The position numbers were made by a program, and so were the translations under genes. A DNA stretch of 64,000 nt from Macrostomum lignano. Its lineage: Eukaryota. Within the stretch, counting starts at the first letter, position 1; every line of letters starts with the position of its first letter. The stretch is taken from positions 124,001 to 188,000 of the forward strand of contig NIVC01000363.1 in assembly GCA_002269645.1 (NCBI GenBank). The letters run 5' to 3'. The notes under the pieces are model-generated. The model saw only the letters and a list, made by a program, of their open reading frames with translations, did not search any database and was not told where the DNA came from. Shown here piece by piece: positions 23,701-34,744 of the stretch.

Positions 23701-26700
23701 TTACGAAAAATGGAGAAAAATACCCATAACCTGCTGTTAGTAGGCTAGCAAGTTTAGAGCCCATGTGCTAGCGTGGAATTTGGGAAAAAGTGCGTCCTCA
23801 TCAATTTCTGGTATAAATATGCGATCAGAGCGCCCTTAAACTGCCCTTAAATTGACTTGCGTTGCCTAGCAGCCGAGTGACGTCAGCTCCCTAGGCATGC
23901 TGTGATTGGGTAATAAAATAGGGTGAGGACAATGGGTTAGTCGTTAGGTGCGTTCCGCTTCAAGGGATGGATGAGTCATATACAGGCAAATATATACCTG
24001 TCGGTGAGCCACACCCGTATATACACGAAGTAAACAGACAATCTCACTGTCAAACGGCAGGCCTGACCTCGCTGGAGCACCTGTCCCTGCACTCTAACCA
24101 GCTCAGCTACCTGCCTCCGGCGGTGTTCTGGCATCTCAACAGCAGCCTGCGCAGCCTGGACCTGAGCGCCAACCGCCTGTCAGACCTGTCCCTTGACAGT
24201 CTCCAAGGTCTCTGGTCTTTGCAGCGGCTGTTGCTATCTGGAAACCGGCTGCTCAAACTGCCGGTTATACTGTCCAGTCTGAGTCATCTCGACGTCGGCG
24301 ACAACCAACTGGAAGCTCTGCAGCGCGACAGCTTAGTTCGCCTGGCTAATCTGGAGACGCTGCTAATGAACGGCTCAAGGAGACTTCTGCTTATTGACGC
24401 TGAAGCCATTCGCTCGATGCCTCGTCTCAGCCGAGTGGACTTGAACGACTGTCCGAGGTTGGAGTTCGTAAGCGAGCTGGCAGCCATTGACTGTCCAGCG
24501 CTACCTCGTTTGAGTGCCGGTAATGATTGTGGGCTCACTGTGCTAGCGCTCCTTGGAGATGTTGCCATAGACATCACCAATCCTGCACACACTCCTTGGA
24601 GATGTTGCCATAGACATCACCAATCCTGCACACACTCCTTGGAGATGTTGCCATAGACATCACCAATCCTGCACACACTCCTTGGAGATGTTGCCATAGA
24701 CATCACCAATCCTGCACACACTCCTTGGAGATGTTACCATAGACATCACCAATCCTGCACACACTCCTTGGAGATGTTGCCATAGACATCACCAATCCTG
24801 CACACACTCCTTGGAGATGTTGCCATAGACATCACCAATCCTGCACACACTCCTTGGAGATGTTGCCATAGACATCACCAATCCTGCACACACTCCTTGG
24901 AGATGTTACCATAGACATCACCAATCCTGCACACACTCCTTGGAGATGTTGCCGGCCATAGACATCACCAATCCTGCACACACTCCTTGGAGATGTTGCC
25001 ATAGACATCACCAATCCTGCACACACTCCTTGGAGATGTTGCCATAGACATCACCGATCCTGCACACACTCCTTGGAGATGTTACCATAGACATCACCAA
25101 TCCTGCACACACTCCTTGGAGATGTTGCCGGCCATAGACATCACCAATCCTGCACACACTCCTTGGAGATGTTGCCATAGACATCACCAATCCTGCACAC
25201 ACTCCTTGGAGATGTTGCCATAGACATCACCGATCCTGCACACACTCCTTGGAGATGTTACCATAGACATCACCGATCCTGCACACACTCCTTGGAGATG
25301 TTACCATAGACATCACCAATCCTGCACACACTCCTTGGAGATGTTACCATAGACATCACCAATCCTGCACACACTCCTTGGAGATGTTACCATAGACATC
25401 ACCAATCCTGCACACACTCCTTGGAGATGTTACCATAAACATCAATCCTTCACACGCTCCTTGGAGATTTTACCATAGATTTTACCAATCCTGAGTCGAG
25501 TATTAATGCCATTTATCAAGTTTTACTGTTAAACTCTGTTTTAAAAACTACACGCGCACATACAGGCCGACGGTCTGAGCGACCGGCGCTGGCCAACCTG
25601 TTTCCACCTGAGATTCGCTTGGCTCCTGGCCAACGACTTCTACTACCCTGCCGATCGCTGCCACCGATGGGAGGTCGCGGACGCTGGCTTCTTCCAGATA
25701 CAACTGCTGAGGCAACTTCATCAGCGTCTGTCTGGGACAGGGTGCGAATCACAGCTGATCAGGACCTGCTCATAGCTGATGCCTCTGTACAGCACACAGG
25801 TCTCTATCGGTGCGTGTTTGCTTTGGAATCCAATCGGCAACAGCGTACTTTATCTGGCAGCCGTCGGGACAATGCCACCGATGCGCCCGTGCGCGCTGTT
25901 AGGATTATTGTGAAGAGGAGTTACGCTCGGCTTGAACTGATTCAGGTGAAGCCAGTATTAGTATACGAGCGGATAGATGAAACAGGCACTTTTAACATTT
26001 AACCTTCGATATTAAGGGCTACTCGATCTTTGTTTGCTTAGAATTATCATTCCTTCCCTCACAATGTACATTTAGTTTATAGCCCTTATTATCATTCCTT
26101 CCCTCACAACGTACATTTAGTTTATAGCCCATATTATCATTCCTTCCCTCACAATGTACATTTAGTTTATAGCCCTTATTATCATTCCTTCCCTCACAAT
26201 GTACATTTAGTTTATAGCCCTAATTATCTTTTTTCTTTCGAAATCAACATTGAGTTTCTGACCATTTACCTTTAAAAAGTGCAAACTATCTTTAGCCACA
26301 ATTAGTTTCAAACCCCATCCATTTCAAGGTGACCCTCAGCAGCCTGACAGTGCGGGTTCACAATTTCACCAGCCACCGAGAAGCTGCAGACCATCGCTGG
26401 TCAGACTACGCCATACTGTGTGGCCCTGCCGAGCACAGCCATCAGCCCCTCGCTCCATCATCTGACAGCAGAATCCTTCCGCTGGCAGTCACTTCACTGC
26501 AGCCAGCCGGAGTCACCTGCAACCAACTGCAACCTCGGCTTGGCTATCGAATCTGCTTAGCAACCAGAGTTCACCTGATGCCGGAGTATCAAACTCTGCA
26601 CTGCATCTTGGCTAGCACAGTGCCTGTAACAGGCCCGAACAAAGACCAGCAGTCTCTAACCTACGCTTCGCTATCCAGCGTGTCCAGAAGTGAAGTCTTC

Positions 26701-26946
26701 ACCTGGCTAGCTGGCTTAATTTTCCTAGCGGCAATTTCTGCAACAAGCGTCATCCTACTGCGCTGCTGGCTGCACAGGACCGGCAGCAGATTCTGTCGGC
26801 AGAAAGGCGGATGCAGAAACAACAGGCAACTGGCAGAAGCGGCCGTCTGCTACGAGAACCGAGCCGCCGTATGCATGTACAAGCGGCTGGACTGGGGGCA
26901 GATGCCCAACGACTACGAATGCGGAATGGATCATGAGGCGGAGTGA
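20764..26946 (+). CDS. LRRN-like leucine-rich repeat / Ig / FN3 transmembrane protein
   Basis: Exons 20764-21316, 24061-24519, 25566-25945, 26329-26946 (phases 1,1,0). Signal peptide MQLLRTLLVLLLLQQRSLSRALA; about a dozen LxxLxLxxN repeats; Ig domain FPPEIRLAPGQRLLLPCR..W..HTGLYRCV; FN3-like LQPRLGYRICL; TM FTWLAGLIFLAAISATSVILL; short tail. Confidence 0.85.
21804..23803 (-). mobile_element. Solo-LTR-like element, copy 1 (2000 bp), in intron 1 of the LRRN-like gene
   Basis: Ends TGATG...CATCA with 4-bp TSD ATTT (21800-21803 / 23804-23807). Collinear with 49958-51779. Orientation inferred from minus-strand CCAAT boxes (~23110, 23130, 23170) upstream of TATTTAAA (23079-23072). Confidence 0.85.
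24551..25490. repeat. 43-bp minisatellite (CCTTGGAGATGTTGCCATAGACATCACCAATCCTGCACACACT), LRRN-like intron 2
   Basis: Period confirmed (CCTTGG at 24551 and 24594); no spacers between units. Confidence 0.97.
26043..26228. repeat. 45-bp tandem repeat x4, LRRN-like intron 3
   Basis: Unit ATTATCATTCCTTCCCTCACAATGTACATTTAGTTTATAGCCCTT. Confidence 0.93.
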
Positions 26947-27002
26947 ACTGCCGCGTTTCCTGCCAACAGTGCGGACTGCTGACAGTTTGAGTGTCAGTTG
27001 GT

Positions 27003-27720
27003 GTGTGATTTGGGTTTGTGTGAATGGGGTTTGTGTGAATGGCTTCGTGTGATTTGGGTTCGTGTGATTTGGTTTTGTGTGATTTGGGTTCGTGTGATTT
27101 GTGTTTGTGTAATTTGTGTTTGTGTGATTTGGGTTTGTGTGATTGGGTTCGTGTGATTTGTGTTTGTGTGATTTGTGTTTGTGTGATTTGGGTTTGTGTG
27201 ATTTGGGTTCGTGTGATTTGTGTTCGTGTGATTTGTGTTTGTGTGATTTGTGTTTGTGTGATTTGGGTTTGTGTGATTTGGGTTCGTGTGATTTGGGTTC
27301 GTGTGATTTGTGTTTGTGTGATTTGTGTTCGTGTGATTAGGGTTTGTGTGATTGGGTTCGTGTGATTTGTGTTTGTGTGATTTGGGTTTGTGTGATTTGT
27401 GTTTGTGTGATTTGGGTTTGTGTGATTTGGGTTCGTGTGATTTGTGTTCGTGTGATTTGTGTTTGTGTGATTTGTGTTTGTGTGATTTGGGTTCGTGTGA
27501 TTTGGGTTTGTGTGTGTGATTTGGGTTCGTGTGATTTGTGTTTGTGTGATTTGGGTTTGTGTGATTTGTGTTTGTGTGATTTGGGTTTGTGGGATTTGGG
27601 GTTTGTGTGATTGGGTTCGTGTGATTTGTGTTTGTGTGATTTGTGTTTGTGTGATTTGGGTTTGTGTGATTTGTGTTTGTGTGATTTGGGTTTGTGGGAT
27701 TTGGGGTTTGTGTGCGTTGG
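27003..27720. repeat. 15-bp GT-rich minisatellite (GTGTGATTTGGGTTT) just 3' of the LRRN-like stop codon
   Basis: Direct inspection. Confidence 0.95.
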
Positions 27721-28369
27721 GTGCGAGACCGGGAGTGTGTAAGTTGAGGAGTGTGTGTGTGTGTGAGCCCAGGTGCGTTAGTTCGTGCGTGTGATTTAAG
27801 GTGTGTGAATTGTAGAGTTGTGTGCTACAATTAACCGGTATAAAATGAGCGGCACAGAAGCAAATAATCAACCAGAGTAAGATTTGAGTTTTCCAGTTTT
27901 AAACAGCAATGAGACGGTCGGCTTTAAAAAATAATACTTCGTTTATTTTATTATTTTAAGCTTTTATTTTCTAAAAAAACACACCATCGAATAGCTTTGA
28001 ATTAACGATATTTGACTTTCTATTTGATGGGAAAATATTTGTCAGGGAGCAAGAAATTAAAGCAAATGTAATCAAGCACCATTGTTACATGCGAAATGCT
28101 GATTTTTGTTTCACTTTAATTTTTCACAATGAAACAATATTTGAGCTGAAAACTGGAATAAAAGTAAACAATAAATTACTTGCAATGCAGTGGTTTAGCA
28201 AAATGCATTAATTTTTTTAAAATGCCTGTAGCAACGATATAAATAAGGTGCGCAATCAGCTGAGACGTAAAATTATTTGTTTGTGAAAGAGGATTTCGTT
28301 TAAACAGCAAAAGTACTTCAGAAATGGTAACCTAAAATCAGCTGGGTTTCTGGGGTCGGCGGTACGTGG

Positions 28370-29520
28370 TGGGGTTGGGTTTGTGGGGTTGGAGGTTGTG
28401 GGTTTGGAGGGTTTGTGGGGTTGGGGGTTGCGGGTTTGGAGGGTTTGTGGGGTTGGGGTTGTGGGTTTGGAGGGTTTGTGGGGTTGGGGGTTGTGGGTTT
28501 GGAGGGTTTGTGGGGTTGGGGGTTGTGGGTTTGGAGGGTTTGTGGGGTTGGAGGTTGCGGGTTTGGAGGGTTTGGGGGTTGTGGGGTTGGGGTTGTGGGT
28601 TTGGAGGGTTTGTGGAGTTGGGGGTTGTGGGTTTGGAGGGTTTGTGGGGTTGGGGGTTGTGGGTTTGGAGGGTTTGTGGGGTTGGGGTTGTGGGTTTGGA
28701 GGGTTTGTGGGGTTGGAGGTTGCGGGTTTGGAGGGTTTGGGGGTTGTGGGTTTGGAGGGTTTGTGGAGTTGGGGGTTGTGGGTTTGGAGGGTTTGTGGGG
28801 TTGGGGGTTGTGGGTTTGGAGGGTTTGTGGGGTTGGGGTTGTGGGTTTGGAGGGTTTGTGGGGTTGGGGGTTGCGGGTTTGAAGGGTTTGTGGGTTGGGG
28901 GTTGTGGGTTTGGAGGGTTTGTGGGGTTGGAGGTTGCGGGTTTGGAGGGTTTGGGGGTTGTGGGGTTGGGGGTTGTGGGTTTGGAGGGTTTGTGGAGTTG
29001 GGGGTTGTGGGTTTGGAGGGTTTGTGGGGTTGGGGGTTGTGGGTTTGGAGGGTTTGTGGGGTTGGGGGTTGTGGGTTTGGAGGGTTTGTGGGGTTGGAGG
29101 TTGCGGGTTTGGAGGGTTTGGGGGTTGTGGGGTTGGGGGTTGTGGGTTTGGAGGGTTTGTGGAGTTGGGGGTTGTGGGTTTGGAGGGTTTGTGGGGTTGG
29201 GGGTTGTGGGTTTGGAGGGTTTGTGGGGTTGGGGGTTGTGGGTTTGGAGGGTTTGTGGGGTTGGGGGTTGCGGGTTTGAAGGGTTTGTGGGGTTGGGGGT
29301 TGTGGGTTTGGAGGGTTTGTGGGGTTGTGGGTTTTGAGGGTTTGTGGGGTTGGGGGTTTGGGTTCGTGGGTTTGGAGGGTTTGTGGGGTAACTGGGGTTA
29401 GGGGTTGCGAGGTTGGAGGGGTTGTAGGGTTGGGGGTTGGGAGGTTTGGGTTTGTGGGGTTGTGGGGTCAGGGCTTGTGGGGTCAGGGTTTGTGGGTTTA
29501 GGGTTTGTGGGGTCGATGGT
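28370..29520. repeat. ~32-bp G-rich minisatellite (GGGTTTGTGGGGTTGGGGGTTGTGGGTTTGGA)
   Basis: Direct inspection; four G>=3 runs per unit. Confidence 0.95.
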
Positions 29521-29832
29521 TTGTGAAGTAGGTATTGGGGAGTGAAGTTTGGGGTATGTGGTTTTGCAAATGGCATAATAAAAGGGTTCAAGCTCACAAA
29601 AATAGAGCTGAGCCACGCGACTGATTGCATATTCGGTACTTCTATTATATTTTATTTTTATCCTTAAATCATAGGTTTGATATATTAAAGAGCAGTGTGT
29701 ACTATAATTAGGGTACTACAATAGACAACTTGGTAAACAGATTTATATACTATCGGAGCTATTAAAACACGACAAGAAGAGGATTAGTATAATTAAATAT
29801 AAAAATCAAGCTTCGCAGTCGCAGTCGCACAG

Positions 29833-32800
29833 TCAGTTAGCCAAGCCCGCAGCTGCCAGTCGCTCAGCCTCGCCAGTGAGGTCCGGCCCCCGATCCAGCA
29901 CCTTCTCGGCGAAGTTCTCAATCCAAGCATGCGACATGAGCTGCTGGACGCTGGCCCGTTCGTCAGGATTGACTCGCAGAATGGAGCCGATAAAAGATTT
30001 CGCCAACGGTTGAAAGAATTTTGGCCAGTCAAATTTGCCGCGAACAATTTTCGACATTTTCAGCTGGTCGTTGCTGTCGTAGAATGGCGGCGCACCGCGA
30101 AGGAACTCGTAGGTCAGAACTCCGGTGGCCCAGATGTCCACCCGGTGATCGTAGCGCTTGTTGGCGATCATCTCCGGCGGCAGGTAGTCGGGGGTGCCGC
30201 ACACGGTGGTCCTGTTTGAGCCCGGCGAGTGCACCGACCAGCCGAAGTCGGCCATCTGCGGGAGGGCCGGACATTGTCAGTGGGGGGGTGTGCGAGCAGA
30301 GGAGACGCAGGAAGCCGGGGATGCAGGGAGCAGGGAGATTCAGGGAGCAGAGGAGATGCAGGGAGGAAGGGGAGATGCAGGGAGCAGAGATGCAGGGAGG
30401 AAGGGGAGATGCAGGGAGCAGCGCAGGGAGCAGAGGCTCAGATGCAGGGAGCAGAAGAGATGCAAAGAACAGGTGAGATGCAGGGAGCAGAGGCTCAGAT
30501 GCAGGGAGCAGAGGCTCAGATGCAGGGAGCAAGAGGAGATGCAGGGAGCAGAAGAGATGCAGAGAACAGGTGAGATGCAGGGAGCAGAGTAAGATGCAGG
30601 GAGCAGGGAGATGCAGGGAGCAGGTGAGATGCAGGGAGCAGGGAGATGCAGGGAGCAGGGGAGATGCAGGGAGCAGGGAGATGCAAGGAGCAGGTGAGAT
30701 GCAGGGAGCAGAGTAAGATGCAGGGAGCAGGGAGCAATGGAGATGCAGGGAGCAGGTGAGATGCAGGGAGCAGGGGAGATGCAAGGAGCAGGCGAGGTGC
30801 ATGGAGCACAGAAAGATGCAGGGAGCAGGTGAGATGCAGGGAGCAGAGGAAGATGCAGGGAGCAGGGGAGATGCATGGAGCAGAGATTACCTTAAGCGCT
30901 CCGCTGCCAGACAGCAGCAGGTTCTCGGGCTTAATATCCCTATGATAGACATTGAGCGAGTGGCAGTAGCGCAGCGCGTGCAGCAGCTGATAGATGTAGG
31001 TGGCCGCCCGCCTGTCGCTGAAGCGGCTGGCAGAGGACAACATTTTGAAGAGTTCGCCGCCGCTGGCAAACTCCAGCACCAGGTAGACTCGCCGGGGATC
31101 GTGAAAATAGGCGTACAGTCTCAGGATATTGGGATGCTGCAGGTGGCTTTGGATTTCAATTTCGCGGCGAATCTGATTGTGAATGGCGTACTTATCAATC
31201 TGAGCCTTGAATAGGATCTTCAAGCCGACTAGGAAACCTGATCGCTTCTCGCGGCCTTGGAATACGCAGCCGAATTTGCCGCGGCCAAGCATCTGGCCAA
31301 TGTCGAAGTCTTGGATTGACCATTGCTCCCGTTGGCGCTGCTGTTGTTGTTGCTGCTGCTGCTGTTGCTGACCCGAATCCTGATATTATTGAATGATGCA
31401 GATTCTTCTGACTTGTTGCAGCAAAGAACAGTATGCCTTACTAAGTCTTTGTGGGAATTCCCGAGTTTTGAATGGGGATTCCCAAGATTTAGATAAGGAT
31501 TCCCGAGATTTGAATGGGAATTCCCGAGAATTGAATGGGGATTCTCGAGTTTTGAATAGGGATTCCCAAGATTTAGATAAGGATTCCCGAGATTCGAATG
31601 GGAATTCCCGAGATTTGAATGGGGATTCTCGAGTTTTGAATAGGGATTCCCGAGATTCGAATGGGAATTCCCGAGATTTGAATGGGATTCCCCAGTTTTG
31701 AATAGTGATTCCCAAGATTTGGATGGGAATTCCAGAAATTTGAACAGGGATTCCCAAGATTTAAATAGGGATTCCCGAGATTCGAATGGGAATTCCCGAG
31801 ATTTGAATGGGGATTCTCGAGTTTTGAATAGGGATTTCCAAGATTTGGATAGGGTTTCCGAGATTTGAATGTAAATTCCTAGGATTTAAATCGGGATTCC
31901 GAGATTTGAATGGGGTTCCCGAGTTTTGAATAGTGATTCCCAAGATTTGAATGGGAATTCCCGAGATTTGAATGGGATTCCCCAGTTTTGAATAGTGATT
32001 CCCAAGATTTGGATGGGAATTCCAGAAATTTGAACAGGGATTCCCAAGATTTGAATAGGGATTCCCGAGATTTGGATGGGGATTCCCGAGATTTGAATGG
32101 GGATTCCCGAGTTTTGGATGGGGATTCCAAAGTTTGGGGTAGGGATTCCGAATTTTGGATGGGGATTCCCAAGTTTGGAACGGGGATTCCTAATTTTGGA
32201 TGGGGATTCCCAAGTTTGGGACGGGGATTCCTAATTTTGGATGGGGACTCCCAAGTTTGGGACGGGGATTCCTAATTTTGGATGGGGATTCCCAAGTTTG
32301 GGAAGGGGATTCCCAAGTTTGAGACGGAGACTCAAGGGGCTTCTAAGTTTTGGATTAGGATTTTTTTAAGTCTTAAGTAGAATATAAAAACTGTATTTCA
32401 TGTGAGAATTCTTGTAACTCAGAATCGATGAAATGTTATCTTTACCTGTTTCTGCTGCCGAGCAGACTTCTGCTTGTCAGACTGCTCATTGTCACCCTCG
32501 CATTCTAATCGACAAATTGTATCGCTGAGCGTTTCCTTGTCCTCACGATTAATATCGCCAGTTGGACCGTTGGCGTCCAGCTTCACTTGGCCCAGTTTAG
32601 CGGCTGTATCGGCATCGGATGAAGACGGGGCGGCAGCTGAGGCGGATGCTGAGGTGGAACCGGAGGCAGCAACATCGACAGCAACAGTCTGCTTCAGCTT
32701 AGCCCTAATCATATCGATATTAGTGGCGGATTTCAGCTTGTCCTGCTGGGCCAGCTTGGCAGCAGACGACACCGTCAGCTGTTTTAAGCGCTCCGAAGTT

Positions 32801-33261
32801 GAAGCTGACACAGAGGATGACGAAGAGGCTGAAGCTGCTGCTGGAGTTGACGCGGCGGCAGCGGCAGCAGCGGCCCGGAGTCTGAGGGCCGCGGCATTGG
32901 CAGCGGCGGTCTTAGCCGCAGCCGCAGCAGATGTTGATGAAGGAGGATGCGCCTGGCCAGCTGCAGGTCTAGGCGCCGGATGCTGCAGCTGGTATCGGCC
33001 TCCAGCGGCTGCTGTTGCCGATACCAATGGTCGCTTGTTCTCTTTAGCTGAAGTGGCAGTACCGGCAGCAGTAGCAGCAGATCCAGCACCAAATCTAGCG
33101 CCTGCGGCTGGCGGCCTCAACTGAGATTGGACACGCGATGCCGGCTGCTGATGCGGCACAGGCAAGCGATAAGATGACGCTGCCGATGACACTGGCAAGC
33201 GTTTCTTAGTAGCGGCGGTATCAACATCGGTTTTCTTCTTACTGTTGGCCGTGGTTTCCAT
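29833..33261 (-). CDS. AURK: Aurora-family Ser/Thr kinase (long N-terminus, Aurora-A-like; A versus B not resolved)
   Basis: Exons 33261-32446, 31379-30891, 30255-29833 (all phase 0). WSIQDFDIGQMLGRGKFGCV, QIRREIEIQSHLQHPNILRLYAYFHD, HRDIKPENLLL, ADFGWSVH..CGTPDYLPPEMI; N-terminal KEN box (AKENKRP). Confidence 0.95.
30295..30885. repeat. ~18-20-bp purine-rich minisatellite (GCAGGGAGCAGGGGAGAT), Aurora intron 2
   Basis: Direct inspection; fills nearly the whole intron. Confidence 0.93.
31450..32330. repeat. ~20-bp minisatellite (GGGATTCCCAAGATTTGAAT), Aurora intron 1
   Basis: Direct inspection. Confidence 0.93.
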
Positions 33262-33834
33262 GCTAGCGGTGGCTTGAACTCGACTACTAGACGCGTCGAA
33301 TTTGCGTTTAAGTGAAGTTAACGGCAGGAATATTTAGTGTAAAATGCGGAATGACATTCAATTCGAGCTCGAGAGTGGATAAAGTGTTTCTTTAGTCTAT
33401 GGCCAAAAGCGGAATTAGCCTCAGCCCAATTCAGTTCAAGTCTCAGTGTCGTCAGGAATGCACACTCTCTGTGGCTTTGGGGGCTGACTCTCATGAGTGT
33501 GAATAGCATAAATAATAGCCTACATACTACTTCAAAAGTAGAAAAAGTAACAAAAGCTACAATAAATTATCAGTCTCCAAAATAGCTTTGAACGCATTAA
33601 AACTTGTATTTTATTTACTTACTTACTCAGTCTGACTAAAAACACTGACTCTGGATATAGCAAGCATATTAGTAAGTAAATATAAGTAAAACATAATTTA
33701 AACCGATTTACGGCAGCTTGGATTAAACAGGGAATTAACTGATTACATTTACACCTAAATTGCCTTATAGATAAGGACGAGGGAGGAAGCTCAATCAACA
33801 GCCACCCCAATCGTATCTTTCTTCCGTGCTAACT

Positions 33835-34180
33835 ATAGTCTAGCCTAGGCCTAATCTGATTGGCTGAGCGGAGCGCTAGCTAAATCACGTGACCTAAACT
33901 ATGGGTCCGGTCTAATCTGATTGGTTAAGTGGAGCGCTAGCTAAATCACGTGACCTAAACTATGGGTCCTCCCCATAGTCTAGCCTAGGCCTAATCTGAT
34001 TGGCTGAGCGGAGCGCTAGCTAAATCACGTGACCTAAACTATGGTTCCTCCCCATAGTCTAGCCTAGGCCTAATCTGATTGGCTAAGCGGATCGCTAGCT
34101 AAATCACGTGACCTAAACTATGGGTCCTCCCCATAGTCTAGCGTAAGCCTAATCTAATTGGCTGAGAGGGGCGCAGCTAA
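33835..34180. promoter_or_regulatory. ~79-bp tandem unit carrying CCAAT and E-box (GGTCACGTGAT) motifs, 570-920 bp upstream of the Aurora ATG
   Basis: Four near-full units plus one partial: CTAATCTGATTGGCTGAGCGGAGCGCTAGCTAAATCACGTGACCTAAACTATGG. The repeat itself is certain; its regulatory role is inferred. Confidence 0.55.
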
Positions 34181-34744
34181 TCATGGACCGCTTCAAAAAG
34201 AAAGTAATAAAAAGTTTTTATCGATTTTTTGCACTTTGTAGACAAGATTAAATGAACAAAAAATTGACAAAAAATTTCAGCTGAATTTAAAAATAGAAAC
34301 ACATTAACATGTATTCGGGGTTTATAAGCATTAACATACGAACTAATTAACATAGACAATTCAAATATTTGGCATTAAATAATTAAATAAACAATTCACC
34401 GAGAATAAACTGATTTGAGAACAAATAACTGACCCGAAATTTTTTACCAGATCCCCTAGAGGAAATCGAGTTTCTATAAAAGCAGACTTAAGTCGTTAAT
34501 TATGCACTACGAAAATACTACTGTTAGTAGAAATGCGCAAGTTAATCAATTTTTCAAACTTTATTTTACACAGACTAAAAGAAAAATCTAAAAGTGAAGG
34601 GCACCAAGAGTTTGAAAAAAGGAGCCACCCTGACTGAACCACCCTTTTTGGCTTTATAGCAAATTATTTGTGTCTGTTTATCTATTCAAAGCTCAGTGAC
34701 CTATCTTTTTGATATAGTACAAAAGACCTGTTAATTAGTAAGAA

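Noticed and set aside
24551-25490. CRISPR-like array (43-bp repeats; also the 27-bp arrays at 36.7 and 40.8 kb)
   Set aside because: Units are head-to-tail with no unique spacers, no cas genes are present, and the context is a eukaryotic intron.
28370-29520. Interstitial telomere
   Set aside because: The unit is ~32 bp with mixed G-runs, not (TTAGGG)n or (TTGGGG)n hexamers.
27039-29630. Long mucin-like or Cys/Val-rich ORFs (TQITQ, PTNPPNPQ, GLWVWRVC)
   Set aside because: They are open in several frames on both strands and coincide exactly with minisatellites.
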